From positions 86,191 to 150,190 of the forward strand of contig CACCZR010000001.1 in NCBI GenBank assembly GCA_902550555.1: a stretch of DNA of 64,000 nt, given 5' to 3'. The position numbers were made by a program, and so were the translations under genes. Source of the stretch: an uncultured SAR116 cluster alpha proteobacterium. Lineage in GTDB: Bacteria > Pseudomonadota > Alphaproteobacteria > Puniceispirillales > Marisalimonadaceae. The notes under the pieces are model-generated. The model was not told the DNA's origin. It searched no databases and saw only the letters and a program-made list of their open reading frames with translations. Positions 56,626-64,000 of the stretch are shown here, piece by piece; position 1 is the first letter of the stretch; the number at the start of each line of letters is the position of its first letter.

Positions 56626-57273
56626 ATGAGAGTATTAATAATTGATAATTATGATTCGTTCACTTTTAATCTTTATCAACTCACTGGTGAAGTTTTGTAT
56701 GAAGAATTTTCTAATGAGATAAATGACATTATTGTAAAAAGAAATGATGAAGTTAGTTTATCTGAAATTAAAAAAAATAATTTCGATAAAATAATTATTT
56801 CACCAGGTCCTGGATCACCAGTTGATGATAATTATTTTGGAATTTGTAGAGAAGCAATAAAAGAATTTGGAAATGAAAATATTCCTATTTTAGGAATATG
56901 TCTTGGAATGCAAGGAATAGTTCATGTTTTAGGAGGTGATATTATACATGCTAAATCTCCGATGCATGGAAAATCTTCTTTTCTAATTCACAATGAAGAA
57001 GGAATACATGCTGAAATTCCTCAAAGAATTGAAATCATGAGATATCATTCATTAATTGTTGATTGTTTAAAACTACCTAAAAGTTTAAAAATTACTGCTT
57101 TTTGTAAAAATGAAGACAGTTACTTCACATTAAAAGATTTTAACCCAAATGAAGATGAAATCATGGCAGTTGAACATGAGAGTAAACCAATTTTTGGAAT
57201 TCAGTATCATCCAGAGTCTTTTGCAACAGAAGGTGGAAAAAAAATAATTTTAAATTTTCTAAAATTAACTTAA
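56626..57273 (+). CDS. Glutamine amidotransferase component II (TrpG/PabA)
   Basis: 215 aa class I GATase. LGICLGMQG catalytic Cys and IQYHPES His/Glu. 1-nt gap after component I. Confidence 0.85.
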   Translation: MRVLIIDNYDSFTFNLYQLTGEVLYEEFSNEINDIIVKRNDEVSLSEIKKNNFDKIIISPGPGSPVDDNYFGICREAIKEFGNENIPILGICLGMQGIVHVLGGDIIHAKSPMHGKSSFLIHNEEGIHAEIPQRIEIMRYHSLIVDCLKLPKSLKITAFCKNEDSYFTLKDFNPNEDEIMAVEHESKPIFGIQYHPESFATEGGKKIILNFLKLT

Positions 57274-57282
57274 AATTTCAAT

Positions 57283-58260
57283 ATGAAAACCAAATCAATA
57301 AGAATACATGAACAGGGTTCATATGATGTTTTAAAAGTTGAAGAAACAAACATACCAATCCTAAAATCAGATGAAGTATTAATCAAACATCATTATTTAG
57401 GTTTAAATTATATAGATATAAATCAAAGAAATGGTTCTTATAAAATCAAAGAGTTACCAACCAATGTTGGTATGGAAGCATCAGGTATAATTGAAGAAGT
57501 AGGAAAGGATGTTAAGAGATTTAAAGTTGGTGATAAAATTACACATTGTATGAATTTAGGTTCATTCACCGAATATTTTGTTTTAAATGAAAATCGTTTG
57601 GTTAAACTTAAAAACAAAATTGATTTAAAACTTGCTGCTGCATCAACATTACAAGGTTTGACTGCTCAATATTTAACTCAAAAATCATGGGAAGTAAAAA
57701 ATCAAGATTTTGTTCTTATTCATGCCGCCTCTGGAGGAGTAGGACAAATTTTAACGCAATGGTCTAAAATTATAGGAGCAACTGTTATAGGAACAGTTGG
57801 CAATGATTATAAAGCTTCAATTGCAAAAAATAATGGTTGTGATTTTGTGATAAATTATTCAAATGAAAACTTTGAGAGTAAAGTAAAAGAATATACTAAC
57901 AACTATGGTGCTGATGTAATTTATGATGCCGTAGGAAAAGATACTTTTGAAAAAGGATTAAATTGCCTTGCAAAGCGTGGACGAATAGTCAGTTATGGAA
58001 TATCCTCTGGTAAAATTGATCCAATAGATATCAATAAGATAAGACCATTATCTGCGTCAATTGCTACTGGAGGTCTTCTTGAATACACCAAAAATATAGA
58101 TGAATATCAAAAAAATGCTGATGATTTATTTGATCTTGTTCATGAATCAAAAATTAAAATTCAAATACATAAAGAATATGACTTTGATGAAATTCAAAAA
58201 GCGCATATTGAACTTGAACAAAGAAAAAGCGTTGGTAAAATTATAATCAATTTGAGATAA
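57283..58260 (+). CDS. qor: NADPH:quinone oxidoreductase (zeta-crystallin-like MDR)
   Basis: 325 aa. GLNYIDI, AASGGVGQ nucleotide motif, no Zn ligands. Confidence 0.8.
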   Translation: MKTKSIRIHEQGSYDVLKVEETNIPILKSDEVLIKHHYLGLNYIDINQRNGSYKIKELPTNVGMEASGIIEEVGKDVKRFKVGDKITHCMNLGSFTEYFVLNENRLVKLKNKIDLKLAAASTLQGLTAQYLTQKSWEVKNQDFVLIHAASGGVGQILTQWSKIIGATVIGTVGNDYKASIAKNNGCDFVINYSNENFESKVKEYTNNYGADVIYDAVGKDTFEKGLNCLAKRGRIVSYGISSGKIDPIDINKIRPLSASIATGGLLEYTKNIDEYQKNADDLFDLVHESKIKIQIHKEYDFDEIQKAHIELEQRKSVGKIIINLR

Positions 58261-58267
58261 TGAAATA

Positions 58268-59383
58268 ATGTTAAAACTTGGAATTTTCATGATGCCAATA
58301 CATCCAGCTAATAAAAATTTAGTTGATTGTTTGGAAGAAGATAGAAATCTAGTCATAAAAGCAGATAAGTTAAATTTTTCTGAAGCTTGGATGGGAGAAC
58401 ATTACAGCTCCTCAGGTGAACCAGTGCCATCACCATTTATATTTAATGCAAGTTTAATTTCAGAAACAAAACAAATTAAGTTTGGAACAGGTGTTATTTC
58501 ACTTCCTCAACAACATCCAGCTATTGTAGCTGGACATGCAGCTTTATTTGACAATCTATCAAAAGGAAGGTTTTTGTTTGGTGTAGGAGCAGGTGGATTA
58601 GTAAGTGACTGGGAACTTTTTGATAATCTTGATGGAAAAACAAGGGCTCTTACAATGCTAGACAGCATTGATGCAATTTTAAGTATATGGAACAGTAATG
58701 AAGCACTCAATTATAAGAGTGATTTTATAAACTTTAAAGTTGAAAATAACTATATTCCAGAACTTGGAATTGGAACTTTTATAAAACCATTTCAAAAACC
58801 TCATCCACCTATCGCAGTTTCTCTAAAAAATGCAAATTCGATGACAGCTAAATTTGCTGGTAAAAAGGGGTGGATTCCTATTTCTGGAAATTTTGTTCCT
58901 GCTGAAGATATTGCAACTCACTGGCCAACATATCTTGAAGGTGCTAGAGAAAGTGGAAAAAAAAGTGATTATGATACATGGAGAGTTGGAAGAAGTATTC
59001 TTATCACTGAAACATCACAACAAGCTAATGAAATCTTAAATGACCCTGAAGGTATTTTTACAGACTATTTTTTATACCTAAATACTGTAGGAAAACTTGC
59101 TTCAGGAATTTCAAAAAATGAAATCAACATTGAAGAAGAAAAACAAGCGTCAATTCTAAAGGCAAAGGATTTGATAATTATTGGCACTGAAAAAGAAGTT
59201 TTAGACAAAATTATTAACTTTATTGATATTGTCGGACCTTTTGGAACATTACTTCTTACCGGTCATGATCATTATGGTTGGAAAGAATTATGGTCTAATA
59301 CATTAGTGCAAATGTCTGAAAACATTAGGCCTAAATTAGATAATTACATTAAAAATCTAAAAACTCTCCCGGCAGCTGAATAA
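58268..59383 (+). CDS. LLM-class flavin-dependent oxidoreductase (luciferase-like monooxygenase)
   Basis: 371 aa TIM-barrel LLM pattern (...AWMGEHY..., FGTGV..LP..HP...A...A.LD.LS.GRF.FGVGAG). Confidence 0.75.
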   Translation: MLKLGIFMMPIHPANKNLVDCLEEDRNLVIKADKLNFSEAWMGEHYSSSGEPVPSPFIFNASLISETKQIKFGTGVISLPQQHPAIVAGHAALFDNLSKGRFLFGVGAGGLVSDWELFDNLDGKTRALTMLDSIDAILSIWNSNEALNYKSDFINFKVENNYIPELGIGTFIKPFQKPHPPIAVSLKNANSMTAKFAGKKGWIPISGNFVPAEDIATHWPTYLEGARESGKKSDYDTWRVGRSILITETSQQANEILNDPEGIFTDYFLYLNTVGKLASGISKNEINIEEEKQASILKAKDLIIIGTEKEVLDKIINFIDIVGPFGTLLLTGHDHYGWKELWSNTLVQMSENIRPKLDNYIKNLKTLPAAE

Positions 59384-59385
59384 TT

Positions 59386-59865
59386 TTATTTTGGCATAAT
59401 TTCTTGAAATGGAAATTTGTAGGTTTTTAAGGTAAACTCATTATTTCTAGAACGCTTATCTCTATCACCTTCTTTTTTTGGAATTACCTCACCCATTTGA
59501 GGAATACCAAATTGTTCTTGATTTCTTCTAGCCTGATCTAAACTATCCTCGTTTTCTTCAGTCCATAGAAATTTGTATAATCTATTTTCTTTATTTTGAA
59601 GTGCCCATAATATGATCCATCTTTCACCTTTTTCGTAAATTACACTATGATACTGGTAAACAAATTTTGAAGGAGGTCTCTCATAAAGTGGTTTTCCAAT
59701 AAATTCATAGTTTGTTATGAAACTTATGTATATTGATAAAAATATAATTGGAACAGTTACAAAATACTGCCATCTTTTTTTAATGAAAAAAGGTAAACAA
59801 CAAATAGCTCCAGCAAAAGCCCATATTAACATTAGCTGACCGCCACTAATTGAAAAATTTAACAA
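59386..59865 (-). CDS. Hypothetical membrane protein (two TM helices plus charged soluble C-domain); third gene of the ExbB/ExbD-like module
   Basis: 159 aa (TTG start abuts the upstream stop; alternative ATG at 59832). No family recognised. Confidence 0.5.
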   Translation of the reverse strand: MLNFSISGGQLMLIWAFAGAICCLPFFIKKRWQYFVTVPIIFLSIYISFITNYEFIGKPLYERPPSKFVYQYHSVIYEKGERWIILWALQNKENRLYKFLWTEENEDSLDQARRNQEQFGIPQMGEVIPKKEGDRDKRSRNNEFTLKTYKFPFQEIMPK

Positions 59866-60483
59866 TTAAGCACCCTCTTTCCTAATAATTTCATCTTTGA
59901 TTATCAATTCTTCAGTTGGTTTAACGTGAACACTTTGGTTATAATCTATTCTAAATGTCATTGCAGGCAGTTCTTGTCCCTCTTGACTGAAAAAAAGTTT
60001 TTTGTGGAACTCTTCTCTATAAGGGTTAATCTTTATAAGCTTTACAGATGCATGAATTAATGGTGCAGGATTTTTTCTAGCATTATAAAAGTGAACTGTA
60101 ACAAGGTAGGATCTAGGATCATTAGTCCTAATAGCAACAGTTTCTCTATTTTCTTTTAAATAAACTAATTTACCATCAGCATCATAATAAGTGTCATTAA
60201 TCGTACCCAAATCATCTCTCTCTAGATGAATTAAAGCATCATCTGGTCGTCTAAAACTAACAACATGTCCTAAATTGTCTTTTACCCACAAATCTAAATC
60301 ATAAGGTTTCTCACCATCCCATTCTAATATTATAAAGTATTCTGCTTTAGGTTTAATTGTTTCTTTTTTTGCTACTGGATTTATTAACATGAAAGCCAAC
60401 ATGAACAAAAAAACAAATCCTATAAGAAGATTAAATAATAAATCTATAAATCCAAAAGATGATCTGTATCTTGGGTCATTCAT
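59866..60483 (-). CDS. ExbD/TolR-like TM anchor fused to an unrelated ~160-aa periplasmic domain
   Basis: 205 aa. N-terminus SSFGFIDLLFNLLIGFVFLFMLAFML parallels the ExbD/TolR TM with its essential Asp. The remainder (EWDGEKPYDLDLWVKD...VTVHFYNARKN) looks like a beta-sandwich, not an ExbD periplasmic domain. Confidence 0.6.
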   Translation of the reverse strand: MNDPRYRSSFGFIDLLFNLLIGFVFLFMLAFMLINPVAKKETIKPKAEYFIILEWDGEKPYDLDLWVKDNLGHVVSFRRPDDALIHLERDDLGTINDTYYDADGKLVYLKENRETVAIRTNDPRSYLVTVHFYNARKNPAPLIHASVKLIKINPYREEFHKKLFFSQEGQELPAMTFRIDYNQSVHVKPTEELIIKDEIIRKEGA

Positions 60484-60937
60484 GGTTATTATTCTCTAAT
60501 ATGACCATTTGAATTTTTGTTAATACACTTGATACAAGACCAACAAGAGTAGTACACAAAGCGGTACTCATTCCTAAAGACATATCTGTAATAACTTCTT
60601 GAACATTCTCAACATTTTTAACATCAAGATTATCAAAAGCTGAACTTAACATTAAAAGAAAACCAGCAACGGTTCCAATTAAACCCAAAGTAACCATGGT
60701 TTCAGAAGAAAACCAAATATAATTAGATAAAACATTTCTATTAGATAGGTTTTTGTAGCTTAAAACACCTACAGTTAAAGTAGCTCCGATAAATACAACT
60801 ATTATTAAAAAACTTATTTTTGTTTGATCTGCATCATAAAGTGCTTCAAACCAGTTAAAAGAATATATAAAAAAGGATGCAAAACAAATAGTAATAACTT
60901 GTATCCACCATAATAAAAATGGTTTTGTTATTTTCAT
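60476..60937 (-). CDS. Small MotA/TolQ/ExbB-family ion-channel protein
   Basis: 153 aa from the Met at 60937 (the track ORF starts at TTG 60985). Four TM helices. The last two carry the MotA_ExbB signature TLGLIGTVAGFLLML...(~20 aa)...LGMSTALCTTLVGLVSSVL. 8-nt overlap with the next gene. Confidence 0.65.
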   Translation of the reverse strand: MKITKPFLLWWIQVITICFASFFIYSFNWFEALYDADQTKISFLIIVVFIGATLTVGVLSYKNLSNRNVLSNYIWFSSETMVTLGLIGTVAGFLLMLSSAFDNLDVKNVENVQEVITDMSLGMSTALCTTLVGLVSSVLTKIQMVILENNNHE

Positions 60938-61180
60938 TAATTTCTCCCTATTATCATAACAACATTTAATATTCAGAATAAACAAGCGTTAATTAATTTC
61001 AAAATGAATATTTTAAATTTTGATTAATATTTAACCAAATACTATTATTTCTAAATTATTAATAATATATTTAATATTTATCAATAGTTTCCAAAATAGA
61101 AATAATCATTTTCTACTATTGTGTATTCTCTTTTACATAAGAAACAATTATATTTTGTTTATATTCAAAAGGAACAGACA

Positions 61181-61405
61181 ATGACTAAAAATAAATTTAT
61201 AAATACTATAACTTCTATTTTCGAAAAAATTGCGATCAATAGAACAAGGCAAGCTTTAGCATTCTTATCAGACAACGAGCTTGAAGCAATGGGTATAACT
61301 AGAACTTCTTTAGATACAGGTGATTTCTACAATTACAAAGAAGTTGCAAATTTTCCAACCAAGAAGATAAGAAATATTAAATCTACAAAAGCTAAAGCTG
61401 CTTAG
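61181..61405 (+). CDS. DUF1127-domain small protein
   Basis: 74 aa from the ATG at 61181 (AAGGA upstream). RTRQALAFLSDNELEAMGITRTSL matches the DUF1127 pattern (L..LsD.eL.D.Gi.R). Confidence 0.6.
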   Translation: MTKNKFINTITSIFEKIAINRTRQALAFLSDNELEAMGITRTSLDTGDFYNYKEVANFPTKKIRNIKSTKAKAA

Positions 61406-61467
61406 ACTTCGAAATTTTTTTCTAGATATATATTCCTCCTCCTCTTCTTATCTAGATTAAATAGAAA

Positions 61468-61494
61468 AAGGGTGAAATTATTCACCCTTTTTTA
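61468..61494 (+). terminator. Rho-independent terminator
   Basis: AGGGTGAA-ATTA-TTCACCCT hairpin followed by a T-run. Confidence 0.75.
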
Positions 61495-61528
61495 TTGCAT
61501 TGAACTTAAATAAATATAATTTCATAAT

Positions 61529-62410
61529 ATGAATTATATTATCAAATTGTTTGAAATTTCATCAAATAGATCAAAAGGTTTCTTTTTAATAATAGCTACA
61601 TACTTCATTTTTTCAATTATGGAACTTATAGCTAAAGACTTAGGTCAACGTTATGATCCTCTTTTTATTGTATTTACAAGATATGTATCACAGTTAATTT
61701 TTTTAATATTATTATTTAATAAAGATTTTAATAAATTGTTAAAATCTGACATGCCTAAATTACAACTAGGCAGGGGTACTCTTTTAATGCTAACAACATG
61801 TTGTATGTTTGCTGGATTAGCAACTCTTCCTTTTGCAGATCACATAGCAATTTATATGATAGGACCAATATTGACTATGATCCTAGCAATTATTTTTTTA
61901 AAAGAGAAAGTTTCAAATAAACAAATGTTTCTTATTATTATAGGTTTAGTTGGAGCTATAGTTATTGCAAATCCTGGTTCTAAAATTTTTAATCTATATA
62001 TAATTTTTCCCTTTTTAGCAGCATTATTTTTTGCATTGTTTACAATTACAACAAAATACTTAAACAAAAATGATAAATCATCCACTACTTTAATTTATAC
62101 AGCAATTTCAGGATCTTTTTTAGCAATCCCTTTTGGGATTTATTTTTTTGAAATCCCTTCTTTTTTAGATCTTTGTTTAATGATACTTATGGGAATCTTA
62201 GTTACTTTAGGACATTTTTTCTTTATTAAATCATTAACATATATTAACGCCTCAGTTGCCTCACCATTTGTAAATATAACCCTTATATTAGCTGCATTTT
62301 GGGGGTATGTGATTTATAATGAAGTTCCAGAAAACTCAACAATTCTAGGATCTATATTAATAGTTGTTTCAGGATATTATCTTACAAAGTTAAAAAATAT
62401 ATCTAATTAA
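61529..62410 (+). CDS. DMT superfamily transporter (two EamA domains)
   Basis: 293 aa, ~10 TM helices with an internal duplication. Confidence 0.75.
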   Translation: MNYIIKLFEISSNRSKGFFLIIATYFIFSIMELIAKDLGQRYDPLFIVFTRYVSQLIFLILLFNKDFNKLLKSDMPKLQLGRGTLLMLTTCCMFAGLATLPFADHIAIYMIGPILTMILAIIFLKEKVSNKQMFLIIIGLVGAIVIANPGSKIFNLYIIFPFLAALFFALFTITTKYLNKNDKSSTTLIYTAISGSFLAIPFGIYFFEIPSFLDLCLMILMGILVTLGHFFFIKSLTYINASVASPFVNITLILAAFWGYVIYNEVPENSTILGSILIVVSGYYLTKLKNISN

Positions 62411-62985
62411 TTATTTAATCCTGCATTAAATTTAAAACCAACATCTTCAAATTTTTTTGATAAATTTGATTCAATTTTTTCCATTTGATCTTTTGCAACT
62501 TTTGTAAAAGCTATATCATTCATATCGTGAATTCCACCAGAAATTATAACTTGAAGCAATCCTTCTTCATCTGAAATATTTTTAAAAGATCTACAAACGC
62601 CAGGAGGAATTGAAATTGTGTCTAATTCATTTAATATAATTTCTTCTGACCCATTATCATTCCAAGCAATTAAAAATTTACCTTTTAAAACTGTAAAAGT
62701 TTCAAAAGTAGCCTGATGATTATGTAAACCTGGCCCTTGATTAGGAGGACATTTTGCAATCGTCATTGTAATCCCAGCAGCTCCTGTTATTGCAGCATTT
62801 TTATTAATTGGTGTATTGTGTGAATTATTCTCTAAGCCAATTATTGAAAGTAATTCTCTAGCATAAACAATATCTTTACCTTCTTGAGGAATACTTTTAT
62901 CGAGTTGGATCGGCAAAGGCTTTAAGTCCTTAAAAACAGATACTCTTTTTAACATTTCTTCTTTTGAAATTTTAAGTGTCTTCAT
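62407..62985 (-). CDS. Cupin-domain protein
   Basis: ~192 aa from the Met at 62985 (GGAGG upstream). GPGLHNHQATFETFTVLKGKF...ISIPPGVCRSF is a cupin metal-site pattern. Confidence 0.65.
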   Translation of the reverse strand: MKTLKISKEEMLKRVSVFKDLKPLPIQLDKSIPQEGKDIVYARELLSIIGLENNSHNTPINKNAAITGAAGITMTIAKCPPNQGPGLHNHQATFETFTVLKGKFLIAWNDNGSEEIILNELDTISIPPGVCRSFKNISDEEGLLQVIISGGIHDMNDIAFTKVAKDQMEKIESNLSKKFEDVGFKFNAGLNN

Positions 62986-62989
62986 AAAT

Positions 62990-63895
62990 TTACCTCCTAA
63001 AAAAATGTTCAAACCATTTTATAATTTCTTTTGGATTTTCTTCTTGAATGTAATGCCCTCCATTTATACTACTTCCAACAACTTTATTAGTACAATATTT
63101 TCTCCAAGTTTCTAAAACATTACCATCAGAAACTTCTGTATGACTTTTCTTACCCCACAAAACTAACAAAGGACAATCAACGTGGTTATTATTTTCAAAA
63201 TCGTTATTTTCCATATCTAAATCACAAGTTGGTGAGGCTCTATAATCCTCACATGAAGCACAAATAGTTTTCCAATTAAAACATCTCACATATTCCTTAA
63301 ATGTTTTTTTACAGAAATCTAAACCTACCCCTGGCTTCGATAGTTTTTTCTTCATAAAATAGGAGGGTGAAACACTGCTCATTAACTTTTCAGGAAAATC
63401 ATAAGGTTGCAACATAAAAACCCAGTGCCAATAAGCCATTGACCAATCTTTATTTACATGTCTCCATAAATGTCGATTTGGCAATATGTCAATGACTGCA
63501 GCTTTAATTATATTATTTTTATAATCTAAACATAATCTATGAGTTACCCGGGCACCTCTATCATGACCAGCCACGTAGAATTTATCGAACCCTAGTTTTT
63601 CCATGATAAATTTAAAGTCATCACCCATAGCTCTAAAAGAATAATTAATGTGGTTTTCCCCACCTGCTTTTGGACCTTCACTGTCGCCGTAACCACGAAT
63701 ATCCACAGCTACAATATAAAAATTTTTTATAAGATCTGGTAAAATCTTGTGCCATGTTAGTTGGCACATTGGGTTACCATGAATTAGTAATAAAGGTGGA
63801 CCATTCCCACCATGGCTGGTATAAATTCTTGACTTGCCAAAACCTCTATCGGGAACATTTATAAACTCAGACTTCAATTTTGGGTGTAGTTTCAT
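62990..63895 (-). CDS. Alpha/beta-fold hydrolase, haloacetate dehalogenase/epoxide hydrolase-like
   Basis: 301 aa. HGNPM, DIRGYGDS and GHDRGARVTHRL (Asp nucleophile type). Substrate not inferable. Confidence 0.7.
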   Translation of the reverse strand: MKLHPKLKSEFINVPDRGFGKSRIYTSHGGNGPPLLLIHGNPMCQLTWHKILPDLIKNFYIVAVDIRGYGDSEGPKAGGENHINYSFRAMGDDFKFIMEKLGFDKFYVAGHDRGARVTHRLCLDYKNNIIKAAVIDILPNRHLWRHVNKDWSMAYWHWVFMLQPYDFPEKLMSSVSPSYFMKKKLSKPGVGLDFCKKTFKEYVRCFNWKTICASCEDYRASPTCDLDMENNDFENNNHVDCPLLVLWGKKSHTEVSDGNVLETWRKYCTNKVVGSSINGGHYIQEENPKEIIKWFEHFFRR

Positions 63896-64000
63896 TATTT
63901 AGTTGCATCTCCAGATTCAACTAAAATCAAATCAACTAATCCAGATCCATCTTTTCTAAACAATGAAGCTTTTTGATATTCTTTTGATGACCAACATCTT
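63895..64000 (-). CDS. C-terminal fragment of an unidentified protein (gene continues beyond the right edge)
   Basis: Open minus-strand frame ...RCWSSKEYQKASLFRKDGSGLVDLILVESGDATK* whose TAA shares one base with the downstream ATG (TAATG). Confidence 0.3.
   Translation of the reverse strand, partial: RCWSSKEYQKASLFRKDGSGLVDLILVESGDATK

Overview
AT-rich (about 30% GC by eye), very gene-dense chromosomal segment with many 0-10 nt gaps and ATGA/TAATG overlaps. Several features point to an alphaproteobacterium: a circularly permuted two-piece tmRNA gene with tag ANDNYAPVATAA, an SspB-alpha adaptor, and DUF1489 and DUF1127 proteins. The style resembles streamlined marine lineages (SAR11/AEGEAN-169-like), but taxonomy cannot be confirmed from this window. 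There are three housekeeping blocks. Block 1 (1-15 kb) holds hflK, mrp/apbC, folA-thyA, ssrA-sspB, class I fumarase, lldD, rpmJ, msrA, a four-gene polyamine operon (speA-CANSDH-nspC-speB), trxB-purU and an esterase. Block 2 (41-52 kb) holds guaBA, rlmE, hisI, an RND pump with its adaptor, DUF1489 and mgtE. Block 3 (52-64 kb) holds small-molecule metabolism genes. Between blocks 1 and 2 lie two accessory regions. The first is a cell-shape locus of three tandem bactofilins facing an M23 peptidase. The second is a roughly 22 kb sigma54-dependent flagellar region. It contains rpoN, a PomAB-like stator operon, fliOPQR-flhB, fliKLMN, an HTH-less enhancer-binding protein followed by fliEFGHIJ, and a divergent receiver-less enhancer-binding protein. 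Four sigma54 promoters are readable upstream of these operons, three of them 24-28 nt from the start codon. No rod, hook, flagellin, flhA or che genes, CRISPR arrays, IS elements, tRNAs or rRNAs were seen. The best leads for undescribed biology are these: (1) an orphan ExbB/ExbD-like ion-motor trio at 59.4-60.9 kb with a non-canonical periplasmic domain and no TonB/Tol/Pal partners; (2) a ribosome-recycling-factor-like protein as third gene of the stator operon; (3) four translationally coupled unknown genes appended to flhB; (4) a palindromic GG-N10-GC-N10-CC double sigma54-like promoter between the bactofilins and the M23 peptidase operon; (5) a sigma54-type promoter plus a 50-codon ORF converging on the 3' end of rpoN. 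All homology calls come from motif recognition by eye. No searches were run.
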